Virus record (IMG/VR): IMGVR_UViG_3300032242_000488
Coordinates: 103,541-167,540 of that record
DNA: 64,000 bases
Origin: a virus
Direction: 5' to 3' (one strand)
A model generated the notes under the pieces. The model was not told where the DNA came from, made no database searches, and saw only the letters and a list, made by a program, of their open reading frames with translations. Of the stretch, positions 1-8,727 are shown piece after piece; within the stretch, counting starts at the first letter, position 1, and each line of letters begins with the position of its first letter. The translations under genes were made by a program, and so were the position numbers.

Positions 1-2
1 TC

Positions 3-155
3 ATATTCAGCTTACCAATAGTTTGGCTATTTGCGCCAAGGCATAAACAAGGCGAGATTATTCGGATTGACTGCACCTGGAGTGAGATTAGTCCAGACTT
101 TAGTATAGAAATAAAAGAAGCATGCCGCAAAGCTCGCATGGCAAATTCCAAATGA
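3..155 (+). CDS. 3' end of a hypothetical protein (truncated by window start)
   Basis: Open frame IFSLPIVWLF...KARMANSK*; its TGA overlaps the next ATG (ATGA at 152-155). Confidence 0.6.
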   Translation: MFSLPIVWLFAPRHKQGEIIRIDCTWSEISPDFSIEIKEACRKARMANSK

Positions 156-454
156 TAAAATTTAATCTTAGTTTTTTAAATCCGTTCAAACACGAAAACT
201 TTATTGGCTTATACAATTGGCACGGCGCAATTAGTAAAAATAAATCTTGGGAAGTAGAATTGTACTACTATGCTCGCGAATGGTTTATTTTTACTGTAGA
301 TCTATCTTGGACAGGGTGCAGTCATGCAGGACCACGCATCGAATTTGGTTTGTTTGGATACAATATAAGTGGCAACATTCATGACAACAGACACTGGGAT
401 TATGAAAATAAATGTTGGGAAACAGTTGACAACGACCTAAATAAAGTAGTATAA
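152..454 (+). CDS. Hypothetical Trp-rich protein
   Basis: ORF track 122..454; ATG at 152 preferred because of the ATGA overlap with the upstream stop. Confidence 0.6.
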   Translation: MIKFNLSFLNPFKHENFIGLYNWHGAISKNKSWEVELYYYAREWFIFTVDLSWTGCSHAGPRIEFGLFGYNISGNIHDNRHWDYENKCWETVDNDLNKVV

Positions 455-455
455 T
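426..455 (+). promoter_or_regulatory. sigma70-type promoter upstream of folE, with an embedded TAAATA late-like element
   Basis: TTGACA(426-431)-18 nt-TATAAT(450-455); TAAATA lies inside the spacer. Confidence 0.65.
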
Positions 456-494
456 AACACAAAGACATCCACGTCATTAACTCGGAGAATAAAA

Positions 495-1241
495 TTGACA
501 GATAAAAAAGAAACAGGTTTAGACGCCATGTACGGCGATAGCGGATATCAAGAAGGCACAGCACATAACTATTTAGGTTTTGTAATGAAACGTAATGGTA
601 AAAGATTTTGGGCCGGAGACAACATCAGTGAATACATTGATGACAAAATGAAAGAAGACTTAATCAACGAAACAACTCTAGCATTTGAAAAAGTGTTAGA
701 TTGTTTACTAATAGATCGAGAAAACGATCCCAATAGTAAAGGTACTGCTAGACGACTAGCTAAAATGTATTTTAACGAAGTAATGGCAGGACGTTATGAC
801 CCGGCACCAGATGCGACAGCTTTTCCAAATGATAGTGAAGATAGGTATGAGGGTATGTTGGTGGTTAGGAGTGAGCTTCGTAGCATGTGTAGCCATCATC
901 ACCAGCCTGTTTCTGGTGTTGCGTATATTGGGATCATCGCCGCCCAAAAACTCATTGGATTGTCCAAGTACACACGTATTGCCCAATGGTGTAGTCGTAG
1001 AGGAACCCTCCAGGAAGAATTGTGTAATGACATAGCACGAGAAATACAAAAAGCTACAGGATCAGAAAATGTAGCAGTCTATGTTCAAGCAGTTCACGGA
1101 TGTTGTGAAAATCGCGGTATTATGGCACATAGTTCATTAACACAGACTACAGTTTTAAAAGGGGCATTTAACACTGACCCGCATACAAAGAAAGAGTTTT
1201 TTGATAACATTAAACTTCAACAAGAATTTGCACCAAGATAA
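495..1241 (+). CDS. folE: GTP cyclohydrolase I
   Basis: Motifs SMCSHHHQP, LIGLSKYTRI, QEEL, HGCCENRG; GGAG SD before a TTG start. Confidence 0.95.
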   Translation: MTDKKETGLDAMYGDSGYQEGTAHNYLGFVMKRNGKRFWAGDNISEYIDDKMKEDLINETTLAFEKVLDCLLIDRENDPNSKGTARRLAKMYFNEVMAGRYDPAPDATAFPNDSEDRYEGMLVVRSELRSMCSHHHQPVSGVAYIGIIAAQKLIGLSKYTRIAQWCSRRGTLQEELCNDIAREIQKATGSENVAVYVQAVHGCCENRGIMAHSSLTQTTVLKGAFNTDPHTKKEFFDNIKLQQEFAPR

Positions 1242-1251
1242 GGAGACCTAA

Positions 1252-1443
1252 ATGTCAAAACTAGCAAAACTAGCAAAAGTAAATGAAAATATTTCTATCA
1301 ATCGTTACGATAACGGTTGGATGGTAGAAATTGGTGGACGAGATAAAAAAGAAGATTGGAAAACTACCAAAACTCTTTGCAACTCCGAAGAAGAAGTCAT
1401 TGCTCTTATTAAAGAGTGGAACACATTACCCCTAGACGTTTAA
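1252..1443 (+). CDS. Hypothetical protein
   Basis: 63 aa ORF with a strong AAGGAG SD. Confidence 0.75.
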   Translation: MSKLAKLAKVNENISINRYDNGWMVEIGGRDKKEDWKTTKTLCNSEEEVIALIKEWNTLPLDV

Positions 1444-1453
1444 GGAGAAAAAC

Positions 1454-1957
1454 ATGGCAACATGGACCGTTAGCACACATTATAAAAAATCTTGCCAGGA
1501 AGTTGAACATTGGGTTCGACGTGAAGGCGAAGGCAAACTTACAGTCACTAACGGTTTCCGTTATGGCGAGTGGACTGTAGAAACTACAGACGACAATCCT
1601 CCAGAGTTTGAATTTACAAAAATTCCCGGCGGTGATGGTCGTAAAGACAGTATCAATATGCTAGATTGCGAAATTAACAATATTGAAAGTGTCGAGCTAG
1701 TTGAAATGTTTGATGGCGGTTGCTGGTTTGATACTGAGTTTGAAGATGTCACTGAAGAAGAACGAGCAGAGTTAGAAGACTTTATCGAAGAAAACAGCGT
1801 CTATGAATTAGAAGATCGCGAAGACGATAGTTGGTACAACGATGATACCGAATGGTGGATTTGGGGTCCTATCGAAATTAAGAACGAAGCCGGAGAAACT
1901 GTACGTATTATCTGTGCAGACGAAGACGGCAATGTTGTCGACTTTAAGGACGAATAA
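1454..1957 (+). CDS. Acidic Trp-rich hypothetical protein (paralog of 2099..2668)
   Basis: 167 aa ORF with AAGGAG SD. Confidence 0.8.
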   Translation: MATWTVSTHYKKSCQEVEHWVRREGEGKLTVTNGFRYGEWTVETTDDNPPEFEFTKIPGGDGRKDSINMLDCEINNIESVELVEMFDGGCWFDTEFEDVTEEERAELEDFIEENSVYELEDREDDSWYNDDTEWWIWGPIEIKNEAGETVRIICADEDGNVVDFKDE

Positions 1958-2106
1958 TGGGAAGCGGTGATAAGTTCAGTATTGGAATTGTTAAAGGTTT
2001 TGGCCTAGCAATTTTTGTTGATAAATTTCCCCACGCTTTATCAATTACATTGATCGTCGGTTGGTTTCAAATTTATATGGGTTTTGGAAAGGGATATGAT
2101 GAGTAA
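1957..2106 (+). CDS. Small hydrophobic hypothetical protein (49 aa, not in the ORF track)
   Basis: MGSGDKFSIGIVKGFGLAIFVDKFPHALSITLIVGWFQIYMGFGKGYDE*; TAATG coupling to the upstream stop, fills the gap. Confidence 0.6.
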   Translation: MGSGDKFSIGIVKGFGLAIFVDKFPHALSITLIVGWFQIYMGFGKGYDE

Positions 2107-2668
2107 AGTATATCTAATCAAACCCTTACATAAAAAAAGCATTTGCTGGCACATTGAAATGTTCCGCGACAATGCGGACGGCAGTATCAGTTGGTTTAAC
2201 ATCGATGATCACTATCGCTGGGGGCAAGGCTTTGTAGAAGAAGATATGGATTGTAATCTGCCTCTAGAAGGTGATCTGCAAGCTCATGCTAAAATGGACT
2301 GCGGATGGGGTGCAGAACTAGACGACCAACACGCTTGCTGGTTTGAATTTAGTGATGACATTACTGAAGAAGAACAAGAACGTATCAAAAAATGTTACCT
2401 AGAAGGTGATGGCGATCTCGAGTGGGAACGTGCTGGTGCGGCATGGTTATACGAAGGCAATCACGAATGGCAGTTTGAAGATGACTATCTAGTTATCGAT
2501 GCTCCGTATCAAGTTAGTCTTTGCGAAGAAGATGGCACAGTCATCGAGGAAAACGTTAAACTACGCACTAGAGAAGAACTTGCAGAAGCCGCTAAAAAGT
2601 GGCAAGAATCTAATACTAACAAATGGCCTTTTGATGTTGTTGAAAGCGAAGGCGGGGAGACAGACTAA
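2099..2668 (+). CDS. Acidic Trp-rich hypothetical protein
   Basis: ORF track 2084..2668; ATG at 2096 or 2099 follows an AAGGGA SD. Confidence 0.8.
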   Translation: MSKVYLIKPLHKKSICWHIEMFRDNADGSISWFNIDDHYRWGQGFVEEDMDCNLPLEGDLQAHAKMDCGWGAELDDQHACWFEFSDDITEEEQERIKKCYLEGDGDLEWERAGAAWLYEGNHEWQFEDDYLVIDAPYQVSLCEEDGTVIEENVKLRTREELAEAAKKWQESNTNKWPFDVVESEGGETD

Positions 2669-2883
2669 TGAACTCAGTAGATATGGCAAATAATCTTATA
2701 CATCGGGCAAAGAACTTACAAGAGTTCGTTGTTGAAACCGATGTCCCGGACGATTTTCGATTTAATGGCGTAATACCATTTGACATGCAGATTAAAGATA
2801 GTATAATAACAGCTAAAGTAATAGCACTCGACTTCAATGAAGCTGTTACACAACTTGATAACTTTTTAGAAAGCTGTAAATGA
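2668..2883 (+). CDS. Hypothetical protein
   Basis: 71 aa ORF with TAATG coupling. Confidence 0.7.
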   Translation: MNSVDMANNLIHRAKNLQEFVVETDVPDDFRFNGVIPFDMQIKDSIITAKVIALDFNEAVTQLDNFLESCK

Positions 2884-3053
2884 ATCCGCAACACCTATAC
2901 ACAATCCGATGGACACAACCCTATGCCACTTACCAAATGCGCCCATATCTTCGTCAACTTCGTGAAGATTACGAAGTTCAGATTGAAAATAAGTTGGCTA
3001 GTGATAAGTTTGATGATGCAAAAGCAGTCTTAGAAAGAATTATGAAATTATGA
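2880..3053 (+). CDS. Hypothetical protein (57 aa, not in the ORF track)
   Basis: MNPQHLYTIRW...ERIMKL*; ATGA overlaps at both ends. Confidence 0.6.
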   Translation: MNPQHLYTIRWTQPYATYQMRPYLRQLREDYEVQIENKLASDKFDDAKAVLERIMKL

Positions 3054-3340
3054 ACTGGTTAAAACTTAAATTTCGAGATTGGATAAACAGCGCACAAGAC
3101 ATATATGAAACGTCCAGTCGACAAAATCGACTAGTTAGTAGTGCTGAAGAAAAAACTATTAATGATGATCCTGTATTAAATTTTAAAGTTTATTCAGCAG
3201 TGGGTGGTAAGGTTGTAGAGTTTAGACGTTATGATCGCAAGAGTGATCGTAACGATAGTACTACATACATTATTACAAATGATCAAGACTTTGGTGAACG
3301 TATTGCAAAAATTGCTACAATGGAAAATTTAAAAGCATGA
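3050..3340 (+). CDS. Hypothetical protein
   Basis: 96 aa ORF, translationally coupled on both sides. Confidence 0.7.
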   Translation: MNWLKLKFRDWINSAQDIYETSSRQNRLVSSAEEKTINDDPVLNFKVYSAVGGKVVEFRRYDRKSDRNDSTTYIITNDQDFGERIAKIATMENLKA

Positions 3341-3762
3341 AGATAGAAACACCTGCCGAAGGCATACTAAAAACACGTAGTTGGGGTGATGCAAAAGTAT
3401 ACAAAATTGTCTGCGAATGTGGGCAACCTGATCACGATCACGATGTGTGGATAGAAGCCGATGAAACAGGTGTCAATGTTCAAATATTTGTAACTACTAA
3501 AAGTGACTGCTGGTCTGAGGCTATAAAACCTAAATATGATATCGATAATATTTGGTTACAAGAGTTTGAGTGGTTTTGGAAAAGTCTCATAAACAGTCTT
3601 TGGAGAAAGTTAAAGTTAACTTGGACACTATGGACTAAAGGTTATATTAAAACTGAAACAACTATTAGTATGACTGAACAACAAAGTTTGAACTATGCAG
3701 AAGCATTAAAATCTGCTATAATAGATGTAAAGGAATTTAGGAAAAAAGATGAGCAAAATTAA
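3337..3762 (+). CDS. Hypothetical protein with a possible metal-binding CxCxxxxHxH motif
   Basis: 141 aa ORF containing CECGQPDHDH. Confidence 0.7.
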   Translation: MKIETPAEGILKTRSWGDAKVYKIVCECGQPDHDHDVWIEADETGVNVQIFVTTKSDCWSEAIKPKYDIDNIWLQEFEWFWKSLINSLWRKLKLTWTLWTKGYIKTETTISMTEQQSLNYAEALKSAIIDVKEFRKKDEQN

Positions 3763-4606
3763 AATAGCAGAATTATTTTATAGCGTACAAGGTGAAGGAC
3801 GGTACATGGGTGTGCCGTCTGTTTTCTTGCGTACATTTGGTTGTAACTTTAAATGTGCAGGCTTTGGTATGCCACGTGGCGAATTAAGTACTGAAGTTGA
3901 ATCGATAGCAAATAAAATTTCAGAATTTAAAAATTACAAAGAACTTCCACTTGTTAGCACAGGTTGTGATAGTTATGCTAGTTGGGATCCTCGTTTTAAA
4001 GAACTTAGTGCAATGCTTTCAAGTGATGCTATTGCCGATGGTATTATGGACATGTTACCCTACGAGGGGTGGCGGGACGAGCATTTAGTTATTACAGGTG
4101 GAGAGCCACTGCTGGGGTGGCAACGTGCTTATCCAGACTTGCTAGAAAATCCTAAGATGACGGGTTTGAAAGAGATTACATTTGAAACAAATGGTACCCA
4201 AAAACTTACTTCAGAATTTAAAGAATATTTAAAATTTGGTTGGCTTAAAGCAGGGTATAGGCCGGACAGAGAAATTACATTTAGTGTGAGTGCTAAACTT
4301 CCATGTAGTGGTGAAAAGTGGGAAGAAGCTATTCTTCCGGAAGTAGTTTGCGAGTATGAAGAAGTTGGTACAGCCTACTTAAAGTTTGTTATTGCTACAG
4401 AACAAGATTTTGCAGATGCAGAATGTGCTATTGCGGCTTATCGTAAACAAGGATTCAAAGGACATGTATACTTAATGCCAGTGGGCGGTGTTGAAAGTGT
4501 CTACGCAATGAATAATAAGAATGTAGCAATACTAGCAATGAAAAACGGATTACGATATAGTGATAGACTACAAGTACCACTATTTAAAAATGAATGGGGA
4601 ACCTAA
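3749..4606 (+). CDS. queE: 7-carboxy-7-deazaguanine synthase (radical SAM)
   Basis: ELFYSVQGEG, FLRTFGCNFKC...GCDS, VITGGEPL, FETNG and RYSDRLQV motifs. Confidence 0.9.
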   Translation: MSKIKIAELFYSVQGEGRYMGVPSVFLRTFGCNFKCAGFGMPRGELSTEVESIANKISEFKNYKELPLVSTGCDSYASWDPRFKELSAMLSSDAIADGIMDMLPYEGWRDEHLVITGGEPLLGWQRAYPDLLENPKMTGLKEITFETNGTQKLTSEFKEYLKFGWLKAGYRPDREITFSVSAKLPCSGEKWEEAILPEVVCEYEEVGTAYLKFVIATEQDFADAECAIAAYRKQGFKGHVYLMPVGGVESVYAMNNKNVAILAMKNGLRYSDRLQVPLFKNEWGT

Positions 4607-5058
4607 TGAATAAATGGATTGAAAAGTTGTTTGGCATTGATAAAATTAAAGCCAGAACAGAAGCCGCATTAAAACAAGCAGAAGAATCAATAGAGATGGC
4701 AAATAAAGCGGCAACTGCCGCAGAAGCCGCACAGAAAGCAGAAGAGCTTGCTAAAGCTACTCCAAAAGAACGTGCTACTGCCAAAGGTGAACCGTATGTG
4801 GCTGTATTAGATACCAAAGTAAATCCAGATAATGTGCGTAATGGATTTTTTGAGCTTGACTGGAACGACCTTTTTGTGTTACAATTGAAACAAGCTGGTT
4901 ACGGATTTGACGGAGATGCTGACGAAGAAATTGTAGATCGTTGGTTCAGAGGTCTCTGCAAAGATGTAGCCAATGAAGAAGGTGTTGATATGACTGACCG
5001 AGGTGCTGGTTATATTAATGTTCGTAAGTTAACCGAAGGTAAAAGCGAAGTTTCATGA
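4606..5058 (+). CDS. Hypothetical protein
   Basis: ORF track 4594..5058; TAATG coupling favours a start at 4606. Confidence 0.75.
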   Translation: MNKWIEKLFGIDKIKARTEAALKQAEESIEMANKAATAAEAAQKAEELAKATPKERATAKGEPYVAVLDTKVNPDNVRNGFFELDWNDLFVLQLKQAGYGFDGDADEEIVDRWFRGLCKDVANEEGVDMTDRGAGYINVRKLTEGKSEVS

Positions 5059-6020
5059 CATATATTCTAGTAGATACTGCTAACACATTCTTCCGTGCCC
5101 GTCACGTCATCAAAGGTGACGCTGACACTAAGCTAGGCATGGCATTCCATATTACACTTAACAGTATCCGCAAGGCTTGGCAAGACTTTAATGGTAGTCA
5201 TGTGGTCTTCTGTCTCGAAGGTAGAAGCTGGCGTAAGGACTATTATAAGCCCTATAAAGCTCAACGTGCAGAAGCTAGAGCCGCTAAAACAGTAAAAGAA
5301 CAAGAAGAAGAAACCCTATTTTGGGAATCATTTGATCAGTTTAAAGAATTTGTTACTACTAAGACTAACTGCACAGTATTACAACATCAGCAATTAGAAG
5401 CAGATGATTTGATTGCCGGTTGGATACAAAGTCATCCAAATGACGATCATGTGATCATTTCGACAGATACAGATTTTGTGCAACTTATTGCTCCGAACGT
5501 AAAACAATACAACGGAGTAATGGAAACTACAATTACACACGAAGGCATCTTTGACAAAAAAGGCAAACGTGTAATTGACAATAAAACTAAAGCAGAAAAG
5601 GCTATTCCAGATCCGCAGTGGTTATTATTTGAAAAATGCATCCGCGGTGACACTAGCGATAACGTGTTTAGTGCATATCCTAAGGTTCGTAAGAATAAAT
5701 TAGAAGAAGCATTTAACGATAGAAATAACAAGGGGTTCGCGTGGAACAATCTCATGCTCCAACGTTGGGTCGACCATAACGGTGCAGAACATCGTGTACT
5801 AGAAGACTACGAACGTAATCGTCAACTTATTGATCTTACACAACAACCCGAAGATATTCGTAATATTATTAAAGAAACAATCTCTACTAATGCTGTTACT
5901 AAAGATGTAACACAAGTTGGTATTAGATTATTAAAATTTGCTCAACTATATGACCTACAGAAAATTTCTGATCAGGCAGATAGTTATGCTAAACCTCTAA
6001 ATGCAAGGTACATAAAATGA
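5055..6020 (+). CDS. rnh: T4-like RNase H / 5'-3' exonuclease (FEN family)
   Basis: ILVD, LEADDLI, ISTDTDFVQL and GDTSDNV motifs. Confidence 0.9.
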   Translation: MTYILVDTANTFFRARHVIKGDADTKLGMAFHITLNSIRKAWQDFNGSHVVFCLEGRSWRKDYYKPYKAQRAEARAAKTVKEQEEETLFWESFDQFKEFVTTKTNCTVLQHQQLEADDLIAGWIQSHPNDDHVIISTDTDFVQLIAPNVKQYNGVMETTITHEGIFDKKGKRVIDNKTKAEKAIPDPQWLLFEKCIRGDTSDNVFSAYPKVRKNKLEEAFNDRNNKGFAWNNLMLQRWVDHNGAEHRVLEDYERNRQLIDLTQQPEDIRNIIKETISTNAVTKDVTQVGIRLLKFAQLYDLQKISDQADSYAKPLNARYIK

Positions 6021-6493
6021 CAGAGATACATGCAAAACCCGTAGTTGATGGAAAATTTTGGATTGTTGAACAAGACGAAAATAAAGTTGGTGTTCTAAAA
6101 CTTACTGAGCAAAAGAAATTTATTTTTAGTTCAAAAGATACTATTACAGTTTTTGATAATAAAAAGAAATTGTTTGAAACTTTTGGATCTAATTTCTTTG
6201 TAGCAAAAAAGAAATACGAAGAAATCGCAGACGTAGATAGAGAGGTGCACGGCTATCCGTCTAGTAGTGTTCCGTACAATCCCATGTACGATGTAAAGAA
6301 ACATTTACCCTTGTTTACAAAGAGTAACAAATCAAAATCAGTTTATTGTGCAGGTTATTATATTATTAAATTTGATAAAGGATGGGTAAAGAGTTTTTGT
6401 CCTAAACTTATCACAGTTGAGCGTTATCAATATGAAGGTCCATTTAAAACTGAAATGGAAATGAAGCATAGGTTAAACAATGCAAACAGATAA
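6017..6493 (+). CDS. Hypothetical protein
   Basis: 158 aa coupled ORF. Confidence 0.75.
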   Translation: MTEIHAKPVVDGKFWIVEQDENKVGVLKLTEQKKFIFSSKDTITVFDNKKKLFETFGSNFFVAKKKYEEIADVDREVHGYPSSSVPYNPMYDVKKHLPLFTKSNKSKSVYCAGYYIIKFDKGWVKSFCPKLITVERYQYEGPFKTEMEMKHRLNNANR

Positions 6494-6722
6494 AATCAAT
6501 ACTACAATATTGACACAATTTATGAATCAGGTCAAAGCGGCTGATACTGCTAATCAACGAGAAATTAGATTAGACATTGCCACTGCTAAAAATATACATC
6601 ATACACTTGCATTGGTAATGACTAGACTAGCCGGTAATTATGAAGGTCTTATGCAGTCACAAAGCAAAGAAGATCCAGTGGTTACTGTACAAATGGATGG
6701 CGGAGTTTGGCCGGAAAAGTGA
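6480..6722 (+). CDS. Hypothetical protein
   Basis: 80 aa ORF. Confidence 0.7.
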   Translation: MQTDKINTTILTQFMNQVKAADTANQREIRLDIATAKNIHHTLALVMTRLAGNYEGLMQSQSKEDPVVTVQMDGGVWPEK

Positions 6723-6732
6723 TGTAAATGCG

Positions 6733-6768
6733 ATAAATATATACGTAGTTATCTGGAGATACGTATAT
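6733..6768 (+). promoter_or_regulatory. Late promoter plus RBS-occluding hairpin
   Basis: ATAAATA at 6733-6739; stem ATATACGTA(6739-6747)/TACGTATAT(6760-6768) encloses GGAG; ATG at 6770. Confidence 0.6.
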
Positions 6769-6769
6769 C

Positions 6770-7054
6770 ATGAGTCGACCTAAACCAAATGTAGTACTTG
6801 AAAGCGTTAATAAAAAAACGTATAAGAGTGATCAAATCCTAGAAGCGGAAGCTATTTGGGCAGTTTTCTATTTAGGAAAACCTTTTAACTTAAAAAGTCA
6901 AAACAGTCTAAGTGGTTATCCAGGTAGCAAGTATAAAAAAGTCAGTTTTTCAAATCCTGGCCATGCACATAATCTTGCTAAAAAATTAAACACTTTATTC
7001 AACAGCAAAGACTTTGCTGTCTATAAATTAACAACAGGCGAAGAAATAAAGTGA
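6770..7054 (+). CDS. Basic hypothetical protein
   Basis: 94 aa ORF with GGAG SD. Confidence 0.8.
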   Translation: MSRPKPNVVLESVNKKTYKSDQILEAEAIWAVFYLGKPFNLKSQNSLSGYPGSKYKKVSFSNPGHAHNLAKKLNTLFNSKDFAVYKLTTGEEIK

Positions 7055-7446
7055 ACAGAAAAACCTACACTAAGATATTCTTAAAGCAAGCCGATATGGC
7101 TCTGACTGAGGAAAATATTAGTGCTAGTATGCGTGTGTGGTGGCAAAACAACAGAACCAAAAGCGAAGGTGGTCTACGTCTAACTGAAAAAGGTTTGGAC
7201 TTTTTAAGGACTAAATTGGATTTGGCTGTTTACGAAGTTCCGTTTCCTACCGGCTTCGATTTAAAACCGCAAGTGATTATATTTTTGGATAGATTTATAG
7301 ACTGTCCATATTTCTTAACAGATCGCTCAATAACTGTACTTTCGGAAAGAAAGTGTTTTGAGTTATACTTATTCAACGGTGATGTCCAAAAGTACGGCGT
7401 AACCAAAGCAATGAGTCGCAAAAAAGCCACAGAAGAAAATAATTAA
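7051..7446 (+). CDS. Hypothetical protein
   Basis: 131 aa ORF with GTGA overlap. Confidence 0.75.
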   Translation: MNRKTYTKIFLKQADMALTEENISASMRVWWQNNRTKSEGGLRLTEKGLDFLRTKLDLAVYEVPFPTGFDLKPQVIIFLDRFIDCPYFLTDRSITVLSERKCFELYLFNGDVQKYGVTKAMSRKKATEENN

Positions 7447-7454
7447 AAAAGTTC

Positions 7455-7483
7455 TTGACTTTTCTAGTGTTCTGCGTTATAAT
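7455..7483 (+). promoter_or_regulatory. sigma70-type promoter
   Basis: TTGACT(7455-7460)-17 nt-TATAAT(7478-7483), with an A-tract upstream. Confidence 0.8.
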
Positions 7484-7535
7484 ACTAATACTGCGAAACA
7501 AAAGCAGTTCAATTTTTTAACAGACAGGAGCTAGT

Positions 7536-8630
7536 ATGGCAAAAGCAGAAGTTATCAATCGTCAAGTGAGCCCGAACGGTGCGAAGAACGCTATTCGTAA
7601 GGCATTTAAGAAACAGCGTCCTTTGTTCCTCTGGGGTCCTCCAGGCATTGGTAAGTCTGATGTCATTCATCAGTTAGGCGCAGAAATGGATGCTCACGTT
7701 ATTGACATTCGTTTGAGTCTTTGGGAACCTACCGATATTAAAGGTATTCCTTACTTTGACAGCAACTCAGGTACTATGGTTTGGGGTAGCCCTTCCGAAT
7801 TACCTACGCAAGAGTTTGCATCCAAATTCCCCCACGTTATTTTGTTCTTAGACGAAATGAACTCTGCGGCTCCTAGCGTACAGGCCGCGGCTTATCAGCT
7901 GATTTTGAATCGTCGTGTTGGACAATATAAACTGCCCGATAATGTTTTGATTGTTGCCGCTGGTAACAGAGAAGCAGACAAAGGCGTTACTTATCGTATG
8001 CCTGCTCCGTTGGCTAACCGTTTTGTTCACTTGGAAATGCGTGTGGACTTTGATGACTGGTCACAATGGGCTACCGATAATCGCGTTCACCAGGACGTTG
8101 TAGGCTATGTTACTTTTGCTAAGAAAGACTTGTACGACTTTGATCCAAAGTCTAGCTCACGTGCCTTTGCTACTCCACGTAGCTGGTCTTTTGTTAGCGA
8201 GTTGTTGGAAGATGACGACACTAGCAACGACACATTGACCGATTTGATTGCGGGTGCAGTTGGAGAAGGTTTGGCTATTAAGTTTATGGCTCATCGTAAG
8301 ATTAGCTCTAAATTGCCTAAGCCAGAAGACATCCTTGCAGGCAAGGTTAAGAAAATGGACACCAAAGAAATTAGTGCCATGTACTCTTTGACTGTGTCAT
8401 TGTGCTATGAGCTCAAAGACGCCGCTGACAAGAACGACAAGAAGTTTAACGACAAGGTTAACTACTTCTTCCAGTTCATGATGGATAATTTTGAAACAGA
8501 ATTGGTTGTTATGGGTACCAAACTTGCATTGACACAATATCAATTGCCGTTGGATCCAGATGAGATTGCATGTTTTGATGACTTCCATACTAAGTTTGGC
8601 AAGTACATTGCGGCTGCTCAAACCAAATAA
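7536..8630 (+). CDS. MoxR-like AAA+ ATPase
   Basis: Walker A GPPGIGKS, Walker B LFLDEMN, sensor AAGN, arginine finger PLANRF, TPRSW. Confidence 0.9.
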   Translation: MAKAEVINRQVSPNGAKNAIRKAFKKQRPLFLWGPPGIGKSDVIHQLGAEMDAHVIDIRLSLWEPTDIKGIPYFDSNSGTMVWGSPSELPTQEFASKFPHVILFLDEMNSAAPSVQAAAYQLILNRRVGQYKLPDNVLIVAAGNREADKGVTYRMPAPLANRFVHLEMRVDFDDWSQWATDNRVHQDVVGYVTFAKKDLYDFDPKSSSRAFATPRSWSFVSELLEDDDTSNDTLTDLIAGAVGEGLAIKFMAHRKISSKLPKPEDILAGKVKKMDTKEISAMYSLTVSLCYELKDAADKNDKKFNDKVNYFFQFMMDNFETELVVMGTKLALTQYQLPLDPDEIACFDDFHTKFGKYIAAAQTK

Positions 8631-8638
8631 GCAGACAA

Positions 8639-8664
8639 TAAAAGGTGCAGAGATGCACCTTTTA
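8639..8664 (+). terminator. Intrinsic terminator
   Basis: TAAAAGGTGCA-GAGA-TGCACCTTTTA inverted repeat after the stop codon. Confidence 0.7.
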
Positions 8665-8666
8665 TC

Positions 8667-8708
8667 TTGACTTTTATACAGAATGACTGTATAATACATA
8701 TATACAGT
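8667..8708 (+). promoter_or_regulatory. sigma70-type promoter with an inverted repeat over the -10 element and start site
   Basis: TTGACT(8667-8672)-17 nt-TATAAT(8690-8695); ACTGTATA(8686-8693)/TATACAGT(8701-8708). Confidence 0.75.
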
Positions 8709-8727
8709 AAACATTTAGGAGCATAAA

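Noticed and set aside
8686-8708. LexA SOS box (CTGT...ACAG)
   Set aside because: The spacer is 13 nt rather than the required 8; kept only as an unexplained inverted repeat
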